Positions 37,783 to 48,373 of a DNA stretch of 64,000 nucleotides are shown here, one piece after another. Origin of the DNA: Patescibacteria group bacterium (lineage in GTDB: Bacteria; Patescibacteriota; Minisyncoccia; Phycocordibacterales; Phycocordibacteraceae); assembly GCA_028866135.1 (NCBI GenBank), contig JAGWIS010000001.1, positions 13,357 through 77,356 of the forward strand, read 5' to 3'. How positions within the stretch are numbered: the first letter of the stretch is position 1; each line of letters opens with the position of its first letter. The notes beneath the pieces are model-generated. The model was not told the DNA's origin. It ran no database searches and worked only from the letters and a program-made list of their open reading frames with translations. The translations under genes and the position numbers were made by a program.

Positions 37783-38343
37783 ATGAATGAAAAGCTCTCG
37801 CAGAAGACCGACGAGGAGCTTGCTGCTTTGGTGCAAGGAAAGAATGAGGAGGCGTTCGGTGTACTTATGGATAGGTACCAGAAGAAACTTCTTCGCTACG
37901 GGAGAAGATTCCTTCTTGAGCTGGCGCCCATCGAAGATGTCGTTCAAGAGGTATTCATTAAAGCGTATGAAAACATCAGGAGCTTCGACACCACGAGACC
38001 CTTTTCGCCCTGGATATACCGTATCGCCCATAACATGTTTATAAATACGTTGAGGAAGAATAGCCGTACGCCGTTTATCACGATCGACCTTGATACGATC
38101 TCGGCGCACGCCGCCTATGAGATCGATCCGGCGGAAGACGAGGAGCAAGCGCATACGCGCGCGCTCATCGATCGCGGATTGGAAAAACTCCCTCCTATCT
38201 ACCGCGAAGTGATCATTCTCTATTATCTTGAGCAGCTCTCTTATCAGGAAATCGCGGAGGTGCTTCGCGTGCCTCTTGGAACCGTCGGCATCCGCCTCTC
38301 TCGAGCGCGGGAGGCGCTTCGAACCTATGTTGAAGGAGAATGA
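37783..38343 (+). CDS. ECF-subfamily RNA polymerase sigma factor.
   Basis: It has region 2 (YRIAHNMFINTLR) and region 4 (LSYQEIAEVLRVPLGTVGIRLSRARE). Confidence 0.8.
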   Translation: MNEKLSQKTDEELAALVQGKNEEAFGVLMDRYQKKLLRYGRRFLLELAPIEDVVQEVFIKAYENIRSFDTTRPFSPWIYRIAHNMFINTLRKNSRTPFITIDLDTISAHAAYEIDPAEDEEQAHTRALIDRGLEKLPPIYREVIILYYLEQLSYQEIAEVLRVPLGTVGIRLSRAREALRTYVEGE

Positions 38344-39037
38344 CATTCGGAAAAGCGTGCTCGAGAAGATCCGCTCGGGTGAGGTCCCCATGCGCTCCCG
38401 GGCGTATTTCGCGCTGCGCACCGTCCTTGTCGTTGTTATGTCTCTGCTCATGCTTGCCGCCGCCCTCTTCGCGCTCAGCTTCATGTCCTTCAGCGTGCAC
38501 GAGAGCGGGGTGCGGTTCCTGCTCGAGTTCGGCGAGCACGGACTCGTAGCGTTCGTCGCGCTCTTTCCGTGGCATCTCCTCCTCATTTCCCTGCTCATTC
38601 TCGTCATCCTCGAATTCCTGCTCAACCGCTTCACCCCCGCATACCGGTTCCCGTTCCTGCGCACCTTCCTGTGGATACTCGTCGCCCTCATCGCCGGCAG
38701 CACGCTCGTAGGATTCACGCCGCTGCATTCCTTCCTCCTCTCGGAGGCAGATAGAAACGAGCTTCCGGTCCTCGGCCCCTTCTACGAACAGGTCCACGAC
38801 TCGCATCAGGAACAGGGCGTCTACCGCGGAAGCGTTTCCTCCGTCGACGCATCGGGGTTCATCATTGCGCATGACGACAGCGACAAAGATTCGGACGAAG
38901 GGTCATGGCACATCGTCCCACCTCCAGGATTCGATCTCGGCACGCTCTCGGTCGGCGAGAAAGTCTACGTCGGAGGACGCCTGCAAAGCGGAGTCGTATA
39001 CGCATACGGCGTCCACTCCCTTTCGGGTGAGGAGTAA
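38327..39037 (+). CDS. Putative anti-sigma factor / membrane protein.
   Basis: It overlaps the sigma factor stop by 17 nt. It has several TM helices, and the start is taken at MLKENDIRKS. Confidence 0.45.
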   Translation: MLKENDIRKSVLEKIRSGEVPMRSRAYFALRTVLVVVMSLLMLAAALFALSFMSFSVHESGVRFLLEFGEHGLVAFVALFPWHLLLISLLILVILEFLLNRFTPAYRFPFLRTFLWILVALIAGSTLVGFTPLHSFLLSEADRNELPVLGPFYEQVHDSHQEQGVYRGSVSSVDASGFIIAHDDSDKDSDEGSWHIVPPPGFDLGTLSVGEKVYVGGRLQSGVVYAYGVHSLSGEE

Positions 39038-39075
39038 TGTGAAATACCCGGTCGTATCCGCGCGTATCTACAGTA

Positions 39076-39705
39076 TTGCCTATGAACGCGCCAGAAAGAG
39101 CTTCCGCCGTCCGGACGATAGCGCGGCCTCCCCTTACGAAAAGCAAGCGCTCGCTTTCTTTGGGATTCCTGTTCGTCTCCGCCGCATACGTCGTGTGGCA
39201 GTACTTCGGCGGCCCGCAAGCCGCGGCGATAGACTCCGTCGCATCGAGCCAGACGACGCCCGCTCCCCTCACTCCTGGCCAGTCCTACAAGGCCGCAAGC
39301 GAGGCGCTTTTGCAGACCCTCTCCGCCTTACCCGCAGCTTCCCCCGCTTCCAACCCTCCGCAAGCAAAAACTCCCGCTCCGGCGATGCAACCTCCTCCCG
39401 CTCCGCGGCAGATCGGGGGACTCTACGCCGACGGTTCCTACGCCGGCAGCCCGGCGGACGCATACTACGGCACCGTGCAGGTGAAGGCGGTCGTGCAAAA
39501 CGGACGGATCGCCGATGTGCAATTCCTCCAGTACCCGAGCGATCGCAGCACTTCCCGTTACATCAACGGCCAGGCGATGCCGCTCCTGACCCAGGAAGCC
39601 ATTCGGGCGCAGAGCGCGCAGGTCGACGGCGTCTCCGGCGCGACCTTCACGAGCCAGGCGTTCGCGGAATCGCTCGCCGCGGCGCTCGCGCAGGCGAAAA
39701 AATGA
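39076..39705 (+). CDS. Secreted FMN-binding domain protein, an ApbE flavinylation substrate.
   Basis: It has a signal/TM anchor and a Pro/Ala-rich linker. The FMN_bind domain carries the flavinylation motif DGVSGATFTS. Confidence 0.6.
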   Translation: MPMNAPERASAVRTIARPPLTKSKRSLSLGFLFVSAAYVVWQYFGGPQAAAIDSVASSQTTPAPLTPGQSYKAASEALLQTLSALPAASPASNPPQAKTPAPAMQPPPAPRQIGGLYADGSYAGSPADAYYGTVQVKAVVQNGRIADVQFLQYPSDRSTSRYINGQAMPLLTQEAIRAQSAQVDGVSGATFTSQAFAESLAAALAQAKK

Positions 39706-39706
39706 G

Positions 39707-41221
39707 ATGACCTTCGTCGACGACATCCTCGATCGGATCACGATGTACCGCCTCGTGCTTTACTACCTCGCGGCGCTCCTCGTCGCGGGGGCTTTCTTCG
39801 CGTTCTTCGGCGCGCTCTCCTTCAATCCCGCGAATCTCGCGTTCTCGACGCTCATCATCCTCGGGACATGCTGGGTCACGAACGCCGTATTCGCGAAAGG
39901 ATTCGGCGCGGCGCCAAACGTCGAGTCGATCTACATCACGGGCTTCATCCTGGCGCTCATCATCACGCCCGTCTCCTCTACCGACTACGCCGGCGTCGGC
40001 TTCCTCGTCTTCGCATCGGCATGGGCGATGGCATCGAAATACCTGATAGCCGCCGGCAACAAGCACCTGTTCAACCCGGCGGCCTTCGGCGTCGCGCTCT
40101 CGGCGCTTGTAATCAACCACTCGGCGACTTGGTGGGTCGGCGGCAATCTCCCGCTCCTCCCCTTCGTATTCTTCGGAGGACTGCTCATCGTCCGGAAAAT
40201 CCGTCGATTCGATCTCGTCGCGTCATTTTCAATCGCGGCACTTCTCACTATCGTCCTTACCTCCGGCAGCAGCGATTATCTGGCTCCCGTGGCGCAGACA
40301 TTCCTCCATTCGTCATTCTTCTTTTTCGCTTTCGTCATGCTCACCGAGCCCTTGACCATGCCGCCCAATCGGCTGCTGCGGATTCTCTATGGAGCCATCG
40401 TCGGATTTTTCTTCGCCCCCGCCATCCACCTCGGCTCCTTCTACTTCACGCCTGAGCTCGCGCTTCTCATCGGCAATCTCTTCGCGTATGCCGTGAGTCC
40501 GAAAGGGCGCTTTCTACTGACGCTCATTGAAAGAAATAACCTCGGCACGGGCGCCTATGAATTCGTATTTGCGCCGGATCGAGCGTTCACGTTCCGACCG
40601 GGACAATACATGGAATGGACACTCGGGCACCGTTTCCCCGACGATCGCGGCAATCGCCGCTACTTCACCATCGCCTCTTCTCCGACTGAAGATACGGTGC
40701 GGCTCGGGGTGAAGTTTTACGCGCCGGAAAGCAGCTACAAGCGCGCGCTGTGGAATATGCAGCTCGGCGACACCGTATCCGCCTCCCATCTCGCTGGAGA
40801 TTTCATCCTGCCAAAAGACACTGCGAAGAAGCTGGTATTCATCGCCGGAGGCATCGGCGTGACGCCGTTCCGCAGCATGGTGCAGTACCTCATGGATATG
40901 AAAGAAAAACGCTCCGTCGTGCTGCTCTACGCGAACAAGACGGCAGCTGAAATCGCATATAAGGGCGTCTTCGATACGGCGGGACGCGCAATCGGCATGA
41001 AAACTGTGTACGCTCTTTCGAACGAACCGAATCCGGTGCCTGGCATCTATGCCGGCATGATTGACGGAGCGCTCATCAAGCGGGAAATTCCCGACTACAA
41101 AGAGCGCACTTTTTATATTTCCGGCCCCCACGGCATGATCACCGCGTTTCAGAAGGTGCTTCGGGAGATGGGCGTCTCGCCGCTGCGCATCAGGACGGAT
41201 TACTTCCCCGGCTTTGCCTGA
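39707..41221 (+). CDS. Membrane oxidoreductase: an N-terminal multi-TM domain fused to an FNR-like FAD/NAD(P)H-binding domain.
   Basis: It has the C-terminal RRYFTIASSP (FAD RxYS motif) and FIAGGIGVTPF (NAD-binding). The N-terminal approximately 270 aa are hydrophobic. Confidence 0.6.
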   Translation: MTFVDDILDRITMYRLVLYYLAALLVAGAFFAFFGALSFNPANLAFSTLIILGTCWVTNAVFAKGFGAAPNVESIYITGFILALIITPVSSTDYAGVGFLVFASAWAMASKYLIAAGNKHLFNPAAFGVALSALVINHSATWWVGGNLPLLPFVFFGGLLIVRKIRRFDLVASFSIAALLTIVLTSGSSDYLAPVAQTFLHSSFFFFAFVMLTEPLTMPPNRLLRILYGAIVGFFFAPAIHLGSFYFTPELALLIGNLFAYAVSPKGRFLLTLIERNNLGTGAYEFVFAPDRAFTFRPGQYMEWTLGHRFPDDRGNRRYFTIASSPTEDTVRLGVKFYAPESSYKRALWNMQLGDTVSASHLAGDFILPKDTAKKLVFIAGGIGVTPFRSMVQYLMDMKEKRSVVLLYANKTAAEIAYKGVFDTAGRAIGMKTVYALSNEPNPVPGIYAGMIDGALIKREIPDYKERTFYISGPHGMITAFQKVLREMGVSPLRIRTDYFPGFA

Positions 41222-42129
41222 TGGGCGCCCGCGCCGCTATACTTCTTCGCATGCTTCCCCGGCTCCGCACGCTCGCCCTCCTTGTCGTCTTGTGCGCCGC
41301 GGTCTCGGCAGGCGTGTTCCTGGTTGCGCATGACCTCCTCGGCACGTACCGTCTCGCTCTGCATGTCTTTTCGCAAAACGAAGCGGCGTATGCCGAATTC
41401 GGCACCGTTTCGGCGGAAGTCGCCGCGGGAAGCGCCGCCTCCGCCCGGAGCGTGTACGTGCCGATCCTCGTCTATCACATCGTCCGCCCGAGCTATCCGA
41501 GCGACAGCGCCGCCGTGCGCCGGCTCGCGCTCACGCCGGAAACCTTCGACGCCGAACTGTCGCATCTGTCCGAAGCCGGGTATCGCGTCGTTTCTTTTGG
41601 CGACCTCGAAGCGTATTTCGCGAGCGGCACGCCGCTTCCGGCAAAGCCGATACTGCTATCGTTCGACGACGGCTGGCAAAATCAGTTCACCTACGCGTTT
41701 CCAATCCTCAAGAAGCACGGATTTTCGGCGACGTTTTTCGTATTCACGAATGCGATCGGCCGGCGCGGATTCATGACGTGGGACGAGCTTAAGCGGATGC
41801 GGGAGGCGGGGATGACGATCGGCGCCCACAGCCGCTCCCACCCATACCTCACGAAAATCGCCGACCCGGCCGCGCTATGGGACGAGATAGCCGGCAGCAA
41901 GGCAGTGCTCGAACAGCGTCTCGGCGTGCCCGTCACCGTATTCGCGTATCCCTTCGGGCAATACGATCCATCCGTCGTGGCGGACGTGGCCCGGGCCGGC
42001 TACCGCCTCGCGCGCGGGGATTTCTACGCGGGAGGTATGGTCTCGGCAGAGCGCCCCTATGAGCTCGGCGCGATGAACGCGCCGACGACCACGGAGCTCT
42101 TTGCGAAGAAATTCCCGGCCGCCCGCTAG
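41221..42129 (+). CDS. Polysaccharide deacetylase (NodB / CE4 family).
   Basis: It has the motifs LSFDDGWQNQ, HSRSHP and FAYPFG, plus an N-terminal TM/signal segment. Confidence 0.65.
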   Translation: MGARAAILLRMLPRLRTLALLVVLCAAVSAGVFLVAHDLLGTYRLALHVFSQNEAAYAEFGTVSAEVAAGSAASARSVYVPILVYHIVRPSYPSDSAAVRRLALTPETFDAELSHLSEAGYRVVSFGDLEAYFASGTPLPAKPILLSFDDGWQNQFTYAFPILKKHGFSATFFVFTNAIGRRGFMTWDELKRMREAGMTIGAHSRSHPYLTKIADPAALWDEIAGSKAVLEQRLGVPVTVFAYPFGQYDPSVVADVARAGYRLARGDFYAGGMVSAERPYELGAMNAPTTTELFAKKFPAAR

Positions 42130-42130
42130 C

Positions 42131-42697
42131 ATGGAAAAGCCCGATGAGGAGCTGGTTGTCGAGCATCTCGCAGGAAATGAAGAAGCATTCACGCTCCTTG
42201 TGAAGCGCCACCTGAAGGGGATCTACTCCTTCGTCGCGCGCCTGGCCGCAGAGGAGGCGGACGACATCGTGCAGGATACGTTCCTGAAAGCATGGAAGGG
42301 CTTGCGCTCCTACGACTCGCGAAGCGCGGCATTCAAGACGTGGCTTACGAGGATCGCGCGCAACGCCGCCATCGATCATCTGCGAAAAAAGAAGCCGCTC
42401 GTCTTTTCCGACTTCGGAGACGGAACCGAGGACGGCTTCCCGGACCCGGAAGATTCAGAACCACTGCCGGATGAGGCGTTCGCGCGAGCGGAAGACGCAC
42501 AAGCTCTTGAGGAGGCTCTCAAAAGCCTGCAGCCTCTCTATCGGGAGGTGATCCTTCTCCGCGATATGAGCCAATTGACGTTCGAAGAGATGGGCGCCGT
42601 CCTCGGCGCGCCTGTCAACACCGTGCGGAGCCGCTACCGCCGAGGGCTTGCCCGGATGAAGCGCCTTCTCGAGAGTGTGCACCAAAAAGGGATGTGA
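42131..42697 (+). CDS. ECF-subfamily RNA polymerase sigma factor.
   Basis: It has region 2 (TWLTRIARNAAIDHLR) and region 4 (LTFEEMGAVLGAPVNTVRSRYRRGL). The start is taken at MEKPDEE. Confidence 0.8.
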   Translation: MEKPDEELVVEHLAGNEEAFTLLVKRHLKGIYSFVARLAAEEADDIVQDTFLKAWKGLRSYDSRSAAFKTWLTRIARNAAIDHLRKKKPLVFSDFGDGTEDGFPDPEDSEPLPDEAFARAEDAQALEEALKSLQPLYREVILLRDMSQLTFEEMGAVLGAPVNTVRSRYRRGLARMKRLLESVHQKGM

Positions 42698-42715
42698 CTT
42701 CGTATACATGGGTAC

Positions 42716-43114
42716 ATGGCTGGAAATCCAGGAACCCTCTTCAGGGAGATCGATCCGCCGCACGGACTCCTTCCCTCAGTCCTGGCGCGGATCGCGGTCG
42801 CGCGCCGCCGGGCCGCCCGTCTCCGGTTCGCGGCGTCCGGCACGCTTGCGCTCGTCTCCGTGCTCATTCTCGTCCCTGCCGTGCAGTATGCCGCAAGCGA
42901 ATTCTACGCCTCCGGATTCTCCGACTACGCCTCGCTCTTCTTCGATAGTCTTTCGGGAGGATTCTCCCGCGAGCTTCTCTACTCCCTCTTGGATTCCCTG
43001 CCCTCGCTTGCGCTCCTGATCCTTGCCTCCGCCGCCGGCGCGCTTCTATGGTCGCTCAAGCGTACGAATCGCGACGCGCGGATCGCTTTCGCTCCCCTCT
43101 CGTTACCGGCCTAG
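42716..43114 (+). CDS. Putative anti-sigma factor (single TM).
   Basis: It immediately follows the ECF sigma factor and has one central TM helix. Confidence 0.4.
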   Translation: MAGNPGTLFREIDPPHGLLPSVLARIAVARRRAARLRFAASGTLALVSVLILVPAVQYAASEFYASGFSDYASLFFDSLSGGFSRELLYSLLDSLPSLALLILASAAGALLWSLKRTNRDARIAFAPLSLPA

Positions 43115-43123
43115 CTCAGAACC

Positions 43124-43573
43124 ATGGGTACTCTTGAAACTATCCTGTCCTCGAAAAAAGTACGCCTCGCCGCGGGCGTGGTCGGGGCTCTCATCCTTGC
43201 GCTCCTCATTTTCCACGCGGGCGTCGTGGTCGGAGCGCATCGCGGATCATCTTTTCGCCGCGACGCAGACGGCGGATTCAGGCATCCGTTTTTCCCGGGC
43301 GGCTTCATGCTGCCGCACGGATTCATCCCGAACGCTCATGGCGCCGTCGGGACCGTCTCTGCCGTGTCGCTGCCGACATTCACCATCGAGACGCGTTATG
43401 GGACGAGCCAGACCATCCTCGTCGGCACGTCCACGATTCTTCGCGCCGCGGGAGACGCCTCTGCCACACGCATCTCTACGGGAGACAACGTCATCGTGCT
43501 TGGCGAGCCGGACGGCCAGGGTCGCATTACAGCGACCTTCATCCGCATCTTCTCCTCAGCGCAGAAACCATGA
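43124..43573 (+). CDS. Small membrane-anchored periplasmic protein, a paralog of 47489-47881.
   Basis: It has an N-terminal TM anchor and a beta-rich C-terminal domain. It is similar to the protein after the MacB-like permease (shared I.TR.G.S...L...T.IL, G..V.V.G motifs). Confidence 0.4.
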   Translation: MGTLETILSSKKVRLAAGVVGALILALLIFHAGVVVGAHRGSSFRRDADGGFRHPFFPGGFMLPHGFIPNAHGAVGTVSAVSLPTFTIETRYGTSQTILVGTSTILRAAGDASATRISTGDNVIVLGEPDGQGRITATFIRIFSSAQKP

Positions 43574-45348
43574 CGATGAAAAAGATTCCGTCCTGGTTCT
43601 TTTTTGTAAAAGAGTACGCGGTCGCGCACAAGACGGTCGCCGCGATAGGGGCGCTCGTCGTGCTCTACGCCGGCTACCATGCCTACAGCATCATTACCGC
43701 CCCTTCGACCGCGCCCCGCTACGTTACGACGACGGTCTCGACCAGCACCGTCGTCGCCTTCATCGACGAGACCGGGCAGGTTTCCGCAAGTTCGAATATC
43801 GACGTGCAATCGAAGTCCTCCGGCGAAATACTGTCAATGCCCGTGACGGCGGGGCAGCATGTGGACGCCGGAGCGGCACTCGCCTATCTCGATCCCACGA
43901 CGGCCGAACAGAACGTATCAAGCGCCCGACAGGCGCTTGAGTTAGCGCAGATAGCGCTCGCCAAGCTCCAGGAACCGGCGACGGACTCCGCGCTCACAGC
44001 CGCGGAGAACGCGGTCGCGGCGGCACAGGCGAATCTCGTGAATGCGCATGAGACCGGCTACAACGACGTTTCCTCCTCGTTCCTCGATCTGCCAAACGCG
44101 ATCACCAGCCTCAACAGCGTCCTCCATGGCAACACCGTTCCGGGGCGCACGAATCAGCAGAACGAGAGCGCCTATAGCGACATGATCGTCTCGTACGACA
44201 GCGGCGTCGTGCAGTATGAGACCATCGCGGAGAACGCGTATCAGGCCGCCTACGCCGCGTACACACAGACGCTCTCCGATTTCAAGTCGACGCCGCGCGA
44301 TGCGGACGATGCGAAAATGGAAGCGCTGATCACCGAGTCGTATCAGACGGCCGCACTCATCTCCGACGCGCTCAAAGCCTCGACCAATTTCCTCAACTTC
44401 GTGAACACGACCCTTTCGAATCACCAGCTCACGCTCCCCTCCACGCTCGCCGCACACATAAGCTCCCTTACCGGCTACACGACGACGACCAATGGCCACG
44501 TCGCGGCGCTCTCGAGCGACGCGGCGAGCGTGACGAGCTCCGAGCGCTCGCTCGCGGCGGCGAAAGCGTCGCTTGCGGAACTTCAGGCTGGTGCCGATCC
44601 GCTCGACATCCAGTCAAGCCAGCTTTCAGTCCAGATGAAGCAGGATGCGCTTTCGGTGGCCGAACAGGATCTTGCGGACACGGTTGTCCGGGCGCCTTTT
44701 AGCGGCACCGTCGCGAAGCTCGACGTGCAGCAGTACCAGACGATCGGCAGCGGCACCGCGATCGCCACGATGGTGAGCGACAACCAGAGCGTAGCCGTGT
44801 CGGTAAACGAAGTGGACGCGGCAAAGCTCAAGGTCGGACAGAAAGCGACTCTTGCGTTCGACGCGCTGCCGGGCATTTCGATCGCCGGAACCGTCTCCTC
44901 GGTGAACACGATCGGGACGGTCTCCTCCGGCGTCGTCTCCTACGGAGCCGTCATCACGTTCGACACGCCGAACCCAAGCGTGAAGCCCGGCATGAGCGCG
45001 ACCGCGAACATCGTCATCGGCACCGAAACAGGCCTTCTCGTGCCGCAAAGCGCGGTGAAGACGTCCGGCGGCCAGAAATACGTCGAGGTGTTTAATCCCC
45101 CGCTTGCCGGGAGTACCTCGAGCGCGGGGGCCGTCTCGGGAACGGCGCCGGAGCGAATAACTGTTGTCACCGGCCTTTCCGACGACACGAACATCGTCAT
45201 CGAAAACGGCCTCGCTGCCGGCGCCCAGGTCGTCGAGAGGACGATCGCGGGAGCGGCCGCGGCGCCGACAAGCGCCGCCCAGAGCACGTCGATCTTCGGC
45301 GCGGGACGCGGCGGCATCGGCGGCGGAGCGCGGGTTCTCACGCCATGA
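43570..45348 (+). CDS. Efflux membrane-fusion protein (HlyD/MacA family) with a long coiled coil.
   Basis: It has an N-terminal TM anchor, an extended Ala/Gln-rich coiled coil, and C-terminal beta-barrel/lipoyl-like segments ([13 protein letters not shown]). Confidence 0.65.
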   Translation: MTMKKIPSWFFFVKEYAVAHKTVAAIGALVVLYAGYHAYSIITAPSTAPRYVTTTVSTSTVVAFIDETGQVSASSNIDVQSKSSGEILSMPVTAGQHVDAGAALAYLDPTTAEQNVSSARQALELAQIALAKLQEPATDSALTAAENAVAAAQANLVNAHETGYNDVSSSFLDLPNAITSLNSVLHGNTVPGRTNQQNESAYSDMIVSYDSGVVQYETIAENAYQAAYAAYTQTLSDFKSTPRDADDAKMEALITESYQTAALISDALKASTNFLNFVNTTLSNHQLTLPSTLAAHISSLTGYTTTTNGHVAALSSDAASVTSSERSLAAAKASLAELQAGADPLDIQSSQLSVQMKQDALSVAEQDLADTVVRAPFSGTVAKLDVQQYQTIGSGTAIATMVSDNQSVAVSVNEVDAAKLKVGQKATLAFDALPGISIAGTVSSVNTIGTVSSGVVSYGAVITFDTPNPSVKPGMSATANIVIGTETGLLVPQSAVKTSGGQKYVEVFNPPLAGSTSSAGAVSGTAPERITVVTGLSDDTNIVIENGLAAGAQVVERTIAGAAAAPTSAAQSTSIFGAGRGGIGGGARVLTP

Positions 45349-46082
45349 TCGAGTTCAGGAACATCACCAAAACGTACGGCGCCGGCCCCGAGGCGTACGC
45401 CGCTCTTCGCGGCGTTTCTTTTTCCATCGACGAGGGAGAGTTTGTCGCGATCATGGGCCCCTCGGGAAGCGGCAAGTCCACGCTGATGCACATCCTCGGA
45501 TGCCTCGACACGCCGACCTCGGGCATCTATGAGCTCGACGGGAAAGATGTCTCGACGATGAGCGACGACGAGCTCGCCTTGATTCGCAAAGACAAGATCG
45601 GTTTCGTTTTCCAGTCCTTCAACCTCCTCCCCCGCACGACGGTCCTCCGGAACGTCGTGCTGCCGCTCGTCTACGCCGGCATCCCGCCCGAGGAGCGCGA
45701 TACGCGGGCCGCGGCGGCGCTTACCGCCGCCGGGCTCACCGAAGAGCACTTTCTCCATCTCTCGAACCAGCTCTCGGGCGGGCAGGTTCAACGGGTGGCC
45801 ATCGCTCGCGCGCTCGTGAACGACCCCGCGCTCATCCTTGCCGACGAACCGACCGGGAATCTCGACAGCCGGACGAGCCTGGTCGTGCTCGGCACCCTGC
45901 AGGAGCTCAACAGGAAACACGGACGTACGATCATCCTCATCACGCACGAGCCGGACATCGCCGAGCACGCCGATCGCATCATCCGCCTTCGGGACGGCCT
46001 CATCGTCTCCGACGAGAAGAACGCCGCGCCGCGCGACGCGGCGCGGGAGACGAAACTGTACGACGAACCCGCCCGCGTATGA
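45345..46082 (+). CDS. ABC transporter ATP-binding protein (MacB/LolD-like).
   Basis: It has Walker [10 protein letters not shown], signature [15 protein letters not shown] and Walker [11 protein letters not shown]. Confidence 0.85.
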   Translation: MIEFRNITKTYGAGPEAYAALRGVSFSIDEGEFVAIMGPSGSGKSTLMHILGCLDTPTSGIYELDGKDVSTMSDDELALIRKDKIGFVFQSFNLLPRTTVLRNVVLPLVYAGIPPEERDTRAAAALTAAGLTEEHFLHLSNQLSGGQVQRVAIARALVNDPALILADEPTGNLDSRTSLVVLGTLQELNRKHGRTIILITHEPDIAEHADRIIRLRDGLIVSDEKNAAPRDAARETKLYDEPARV

Positions 46083-46193
46083 CCCGACACACTGAAAAGG
46101 CGTTGTCCGACACTTTGCGGCAAAGTGTCGGACGCTGTGCTGTACCTCGCGATATGGAAAGAACGCCGTGCGTGGTTCTGCCAGTAACAGCAT

Positions 46194-47462
46194 ATGGGGC
46201 ATGCGACGCCTTTTAGTGTGACGGGTATGAGAACCCGCGACATCCTGCAGGAAACGTACGCTGCCCTGTCCGCAAATAAAGTGCGGTCGGGCCTCACCGT
46301 GCTCGGCATCGTCATCGGCATCGCATCGGTCATCGCGCTCACCGCGATCGGCCAGGGCGCGCAGAGTTCGGTACAGGCATCGATCGAATCGATCGGCTCG
46401 AATCTCATCGAGGTGCTCCCGGGGGTGGCGCGGCAGATCGGTTTCGGCGCGTCAGGCGGGCGCGGCACGGCCCGTTCGCTCACGCCCGCGGATGAAGACG
46501 CGATCGCGCTCGTCGCGAATGTCGCCGCCGTCTCGGGCGAATATTCAGGCCGTTATCAGATCGCGGCGGCGGGCGCCAACACGAACACCTCGGTCGTCGG
46601 CGTGAATGCCGCGTATGCCACGATACGCAATCTGGTCATGGACCAGGGCTCCTTCATCACCGACAGCCAATCGACGTCGCTCGCGAAAGTCGCCGTCGTG
46701 GGGCCGACCGTCGTCACCGACCTCTTCGGCGCGACGGCCGCCGCGAGCGACGCGCTCGGAGAGCACATCCGCCTCAACAACCTTCTGTTCACGATCGTCG
46801 GCGTCACCAAGACGAAAGGAAGCTCCGGTTTCGGCAATCAGGACGACACCGTCTACGTCCCGCTCGGGACGGCGCTCCAGTATTTCGCCGGAACCGGCAA
46901 CGACTACCTCTCGACGATCGATATCCAGGCGGCGAGCCAGGCGAGCATGACGCAAGTGCAGAACGATGTCACGGCGCTCCTCATGACGCGGCATAATATA
47001 AGCGATCCGACGAAAGCCGATTTCAGCATCCTCAACCAGGCGGATATCGTTTCCGCCGCGTCGAGCGTAACGCAGACCTTCACCATCCTCCTTGCGGCGG
47101 TCGCGGGCATCTCGCTTCTCGTCGGCGGCATCGGCATCATGAACATGATGCTCACGACCGTGACCGAACGCATGCGGGAGATCGGCCTCCGGAAAGCGAT
47201 CGGGGCGACGAAGTCGGATATCAACCGCCAGTTCCTCGCGGAAGCGGTCGCGCTCACGTTCGTCGGCGGCGCGATAGGCATCGCGCTCGGCTGGAGCATC
47301 TCCTCCGTCATCACGCTCCTCGGTCTCGTGGCGGCGCAGGTGACGCTCTCCTCGATCCTGCTCGCCTTCGGCGTCTCGGCGGCTATCGGCATCGTCTTCG
47401 GCTGGTACCCCGCTCGCAGGGCGTCAAATCTTAATCCCATCGATGCCCTGCGCTATGAGTAG
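46194..47462 (+). CDS. ABC transporter permease (MacB-like, FtsX fold with periplasmic domain).
   Basis: It has an N-terminal TM helix, a large periplasmic domain and a C-terminal FtsX-like 3-TM domain. The start is likely MRTRDIL at 46227. Confidence 0.75.
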   Translation: MGHATPFSVTGMRTRDILQETYAALSANKVRSGLTVLGIVIGIASVIALTAIGQGAQSSVQASIESIGSNLIEVLPGVARQIGFGASGGRGTARSLTPADEDAIALVANVAAVSGEYSGRYQIAAAGANTNTSVVGVNAAYATIRNLVMDQGSFITDSQSTSLAKVAVVGPTVVTDLFGATAAASDALGEHIRLNNLLFTIVGVTKTKGSSGFGNQDDTVYVPLGTALQYFAGTGNDYLSTIDIQAASQASMTQVQNDVTALLMTRHNISDPTKADFSILNQADIVSAASSVTQTFTILLAAVAGISLLVGGIGIMNMMLTTVTERMREIGLRKAIGATKSDINRQFLAEAVALTFVGGAIGIALGWSISSVITLLGLVAAQVTLSSILLAFGVSAAIGIVFGWYPARRASNLNPIDALRYE

Positions 47463-47488
47463 GGCTTATCGTAAAAATAATTGAACCT

Positions 47489-47881
47489 ATGAACAAGAAT
47501 CCCATCCTTATAGGAATCGTCTCGCTCCTCATCGGCATCGGCATCGGGTACGGCGGCGCAAATGCGCTTCATCCGGCGACCCCCGCGCCAAACGCTCGCG
47601 GAACCTTCGCGGGCGGCATGCGCGGCGGCGCGGGCGGTTTCCTTTCCGGCACGGTCGCGGCGAAAGATTCCGAGAGCATCACCCTCGATACGCGCGACGG
47701 CAGCTCGCACGTCGTCTTGCTCACCCCGGCCACCAGCGTCTTGAAGAGCGTGAGCGGAACCGAGAACGATATCTCGATCGGCTCGACTGTCATCGTCTCC
47801 GGCACGACTAACGGCGACGGCAGCGTATCGGCAAATCTGATCCAGCTGCGCCCTGCGACCCCTCCGGCCCCGGGGCAATAG
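47489..47881 (+). CDS. Small secreted or membrane-anchored protein, a paralog of 43124-43573.
   Basis: It has a signal/anchor MNKNPILIGIVSLLIGIGIGYGG and a Gly-rich region followed by a beta-rich domain. Confidence 0.4.
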   Translation: MNKNPILIGIVSLLIGIGIGYGGANALHPATPAPNARGTFAGGMRGGAGGFLSGTVAAKDSESITLDTRDGSSHVVLLTPATSVLKSVSGTENDISIGSTVIVSGTTNGDGSVSANLIQLRPATPPAPGQ

Positions 47882-47922
47882 CGCTCCCCCGATAGCAAAG
47901 CGCGGCGAGACGCCGCGCTTTG

Positions 47923-48327
47923 CTATCGGTCTTCCTTGGGACGGTTCGTGCCCCCGTCCTCGCGCGAGCGCACCGCGTCCTCGTCCATGCCGAAGTAATG
48001 CGCGTACTCGTGCCAAATAGTCTCGGCGACGATCGTCCGCATCTCTTCCAGACTTCCATTTGCCGCTTCCTCTATCGGCAGTTGAAATAGCGTGATGGTA
48101 TCGGGGAGCGTCGGTCCGACGCCGTAGGAGTCCCCGCGAGCGGTGGCTGGGATGCCTTGGTAGAGCCCAAGAAGCGTCTCATCCTCTGAAAGTCCTTCCT
48201 TCTGCCTCACTTCCTCTGATGGCTCGTCCTCGACGAGAAGCGCGACGTTGCGTATCCGCTCCCGAAATTTCTCCGGAATGAGGAGGAATCCTTCGTGCAC
48301 CAGCTTCTCGAATGCTTCGCGTTCCAT
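47923..48327 (-). CDS. Zincin-like metallopeptidase-family protein (DUF1025-like).
   Basis: It has the HExxH motif in TIWHEYAHYFG, and is 134 aa. Confidence 0.5.
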   Translation of the reverse strand: MEREAFEKLVHEGFLLIPEKFRERIRNVALLVEDEPSEEVRQKEGLSEDETLLGLYQGIPATARGDSYGVGPTLPDTITLFQLPIEEAANGSLEEMRTIVAETIWHEYAHYFGMDEDAVRSREDGGTNRPKEDR

Positions 48328-48373
48328 AGGTATGGAAAGTCTAGCAGCTTTCTTCTCCGCAGCGGCGCAAGCG

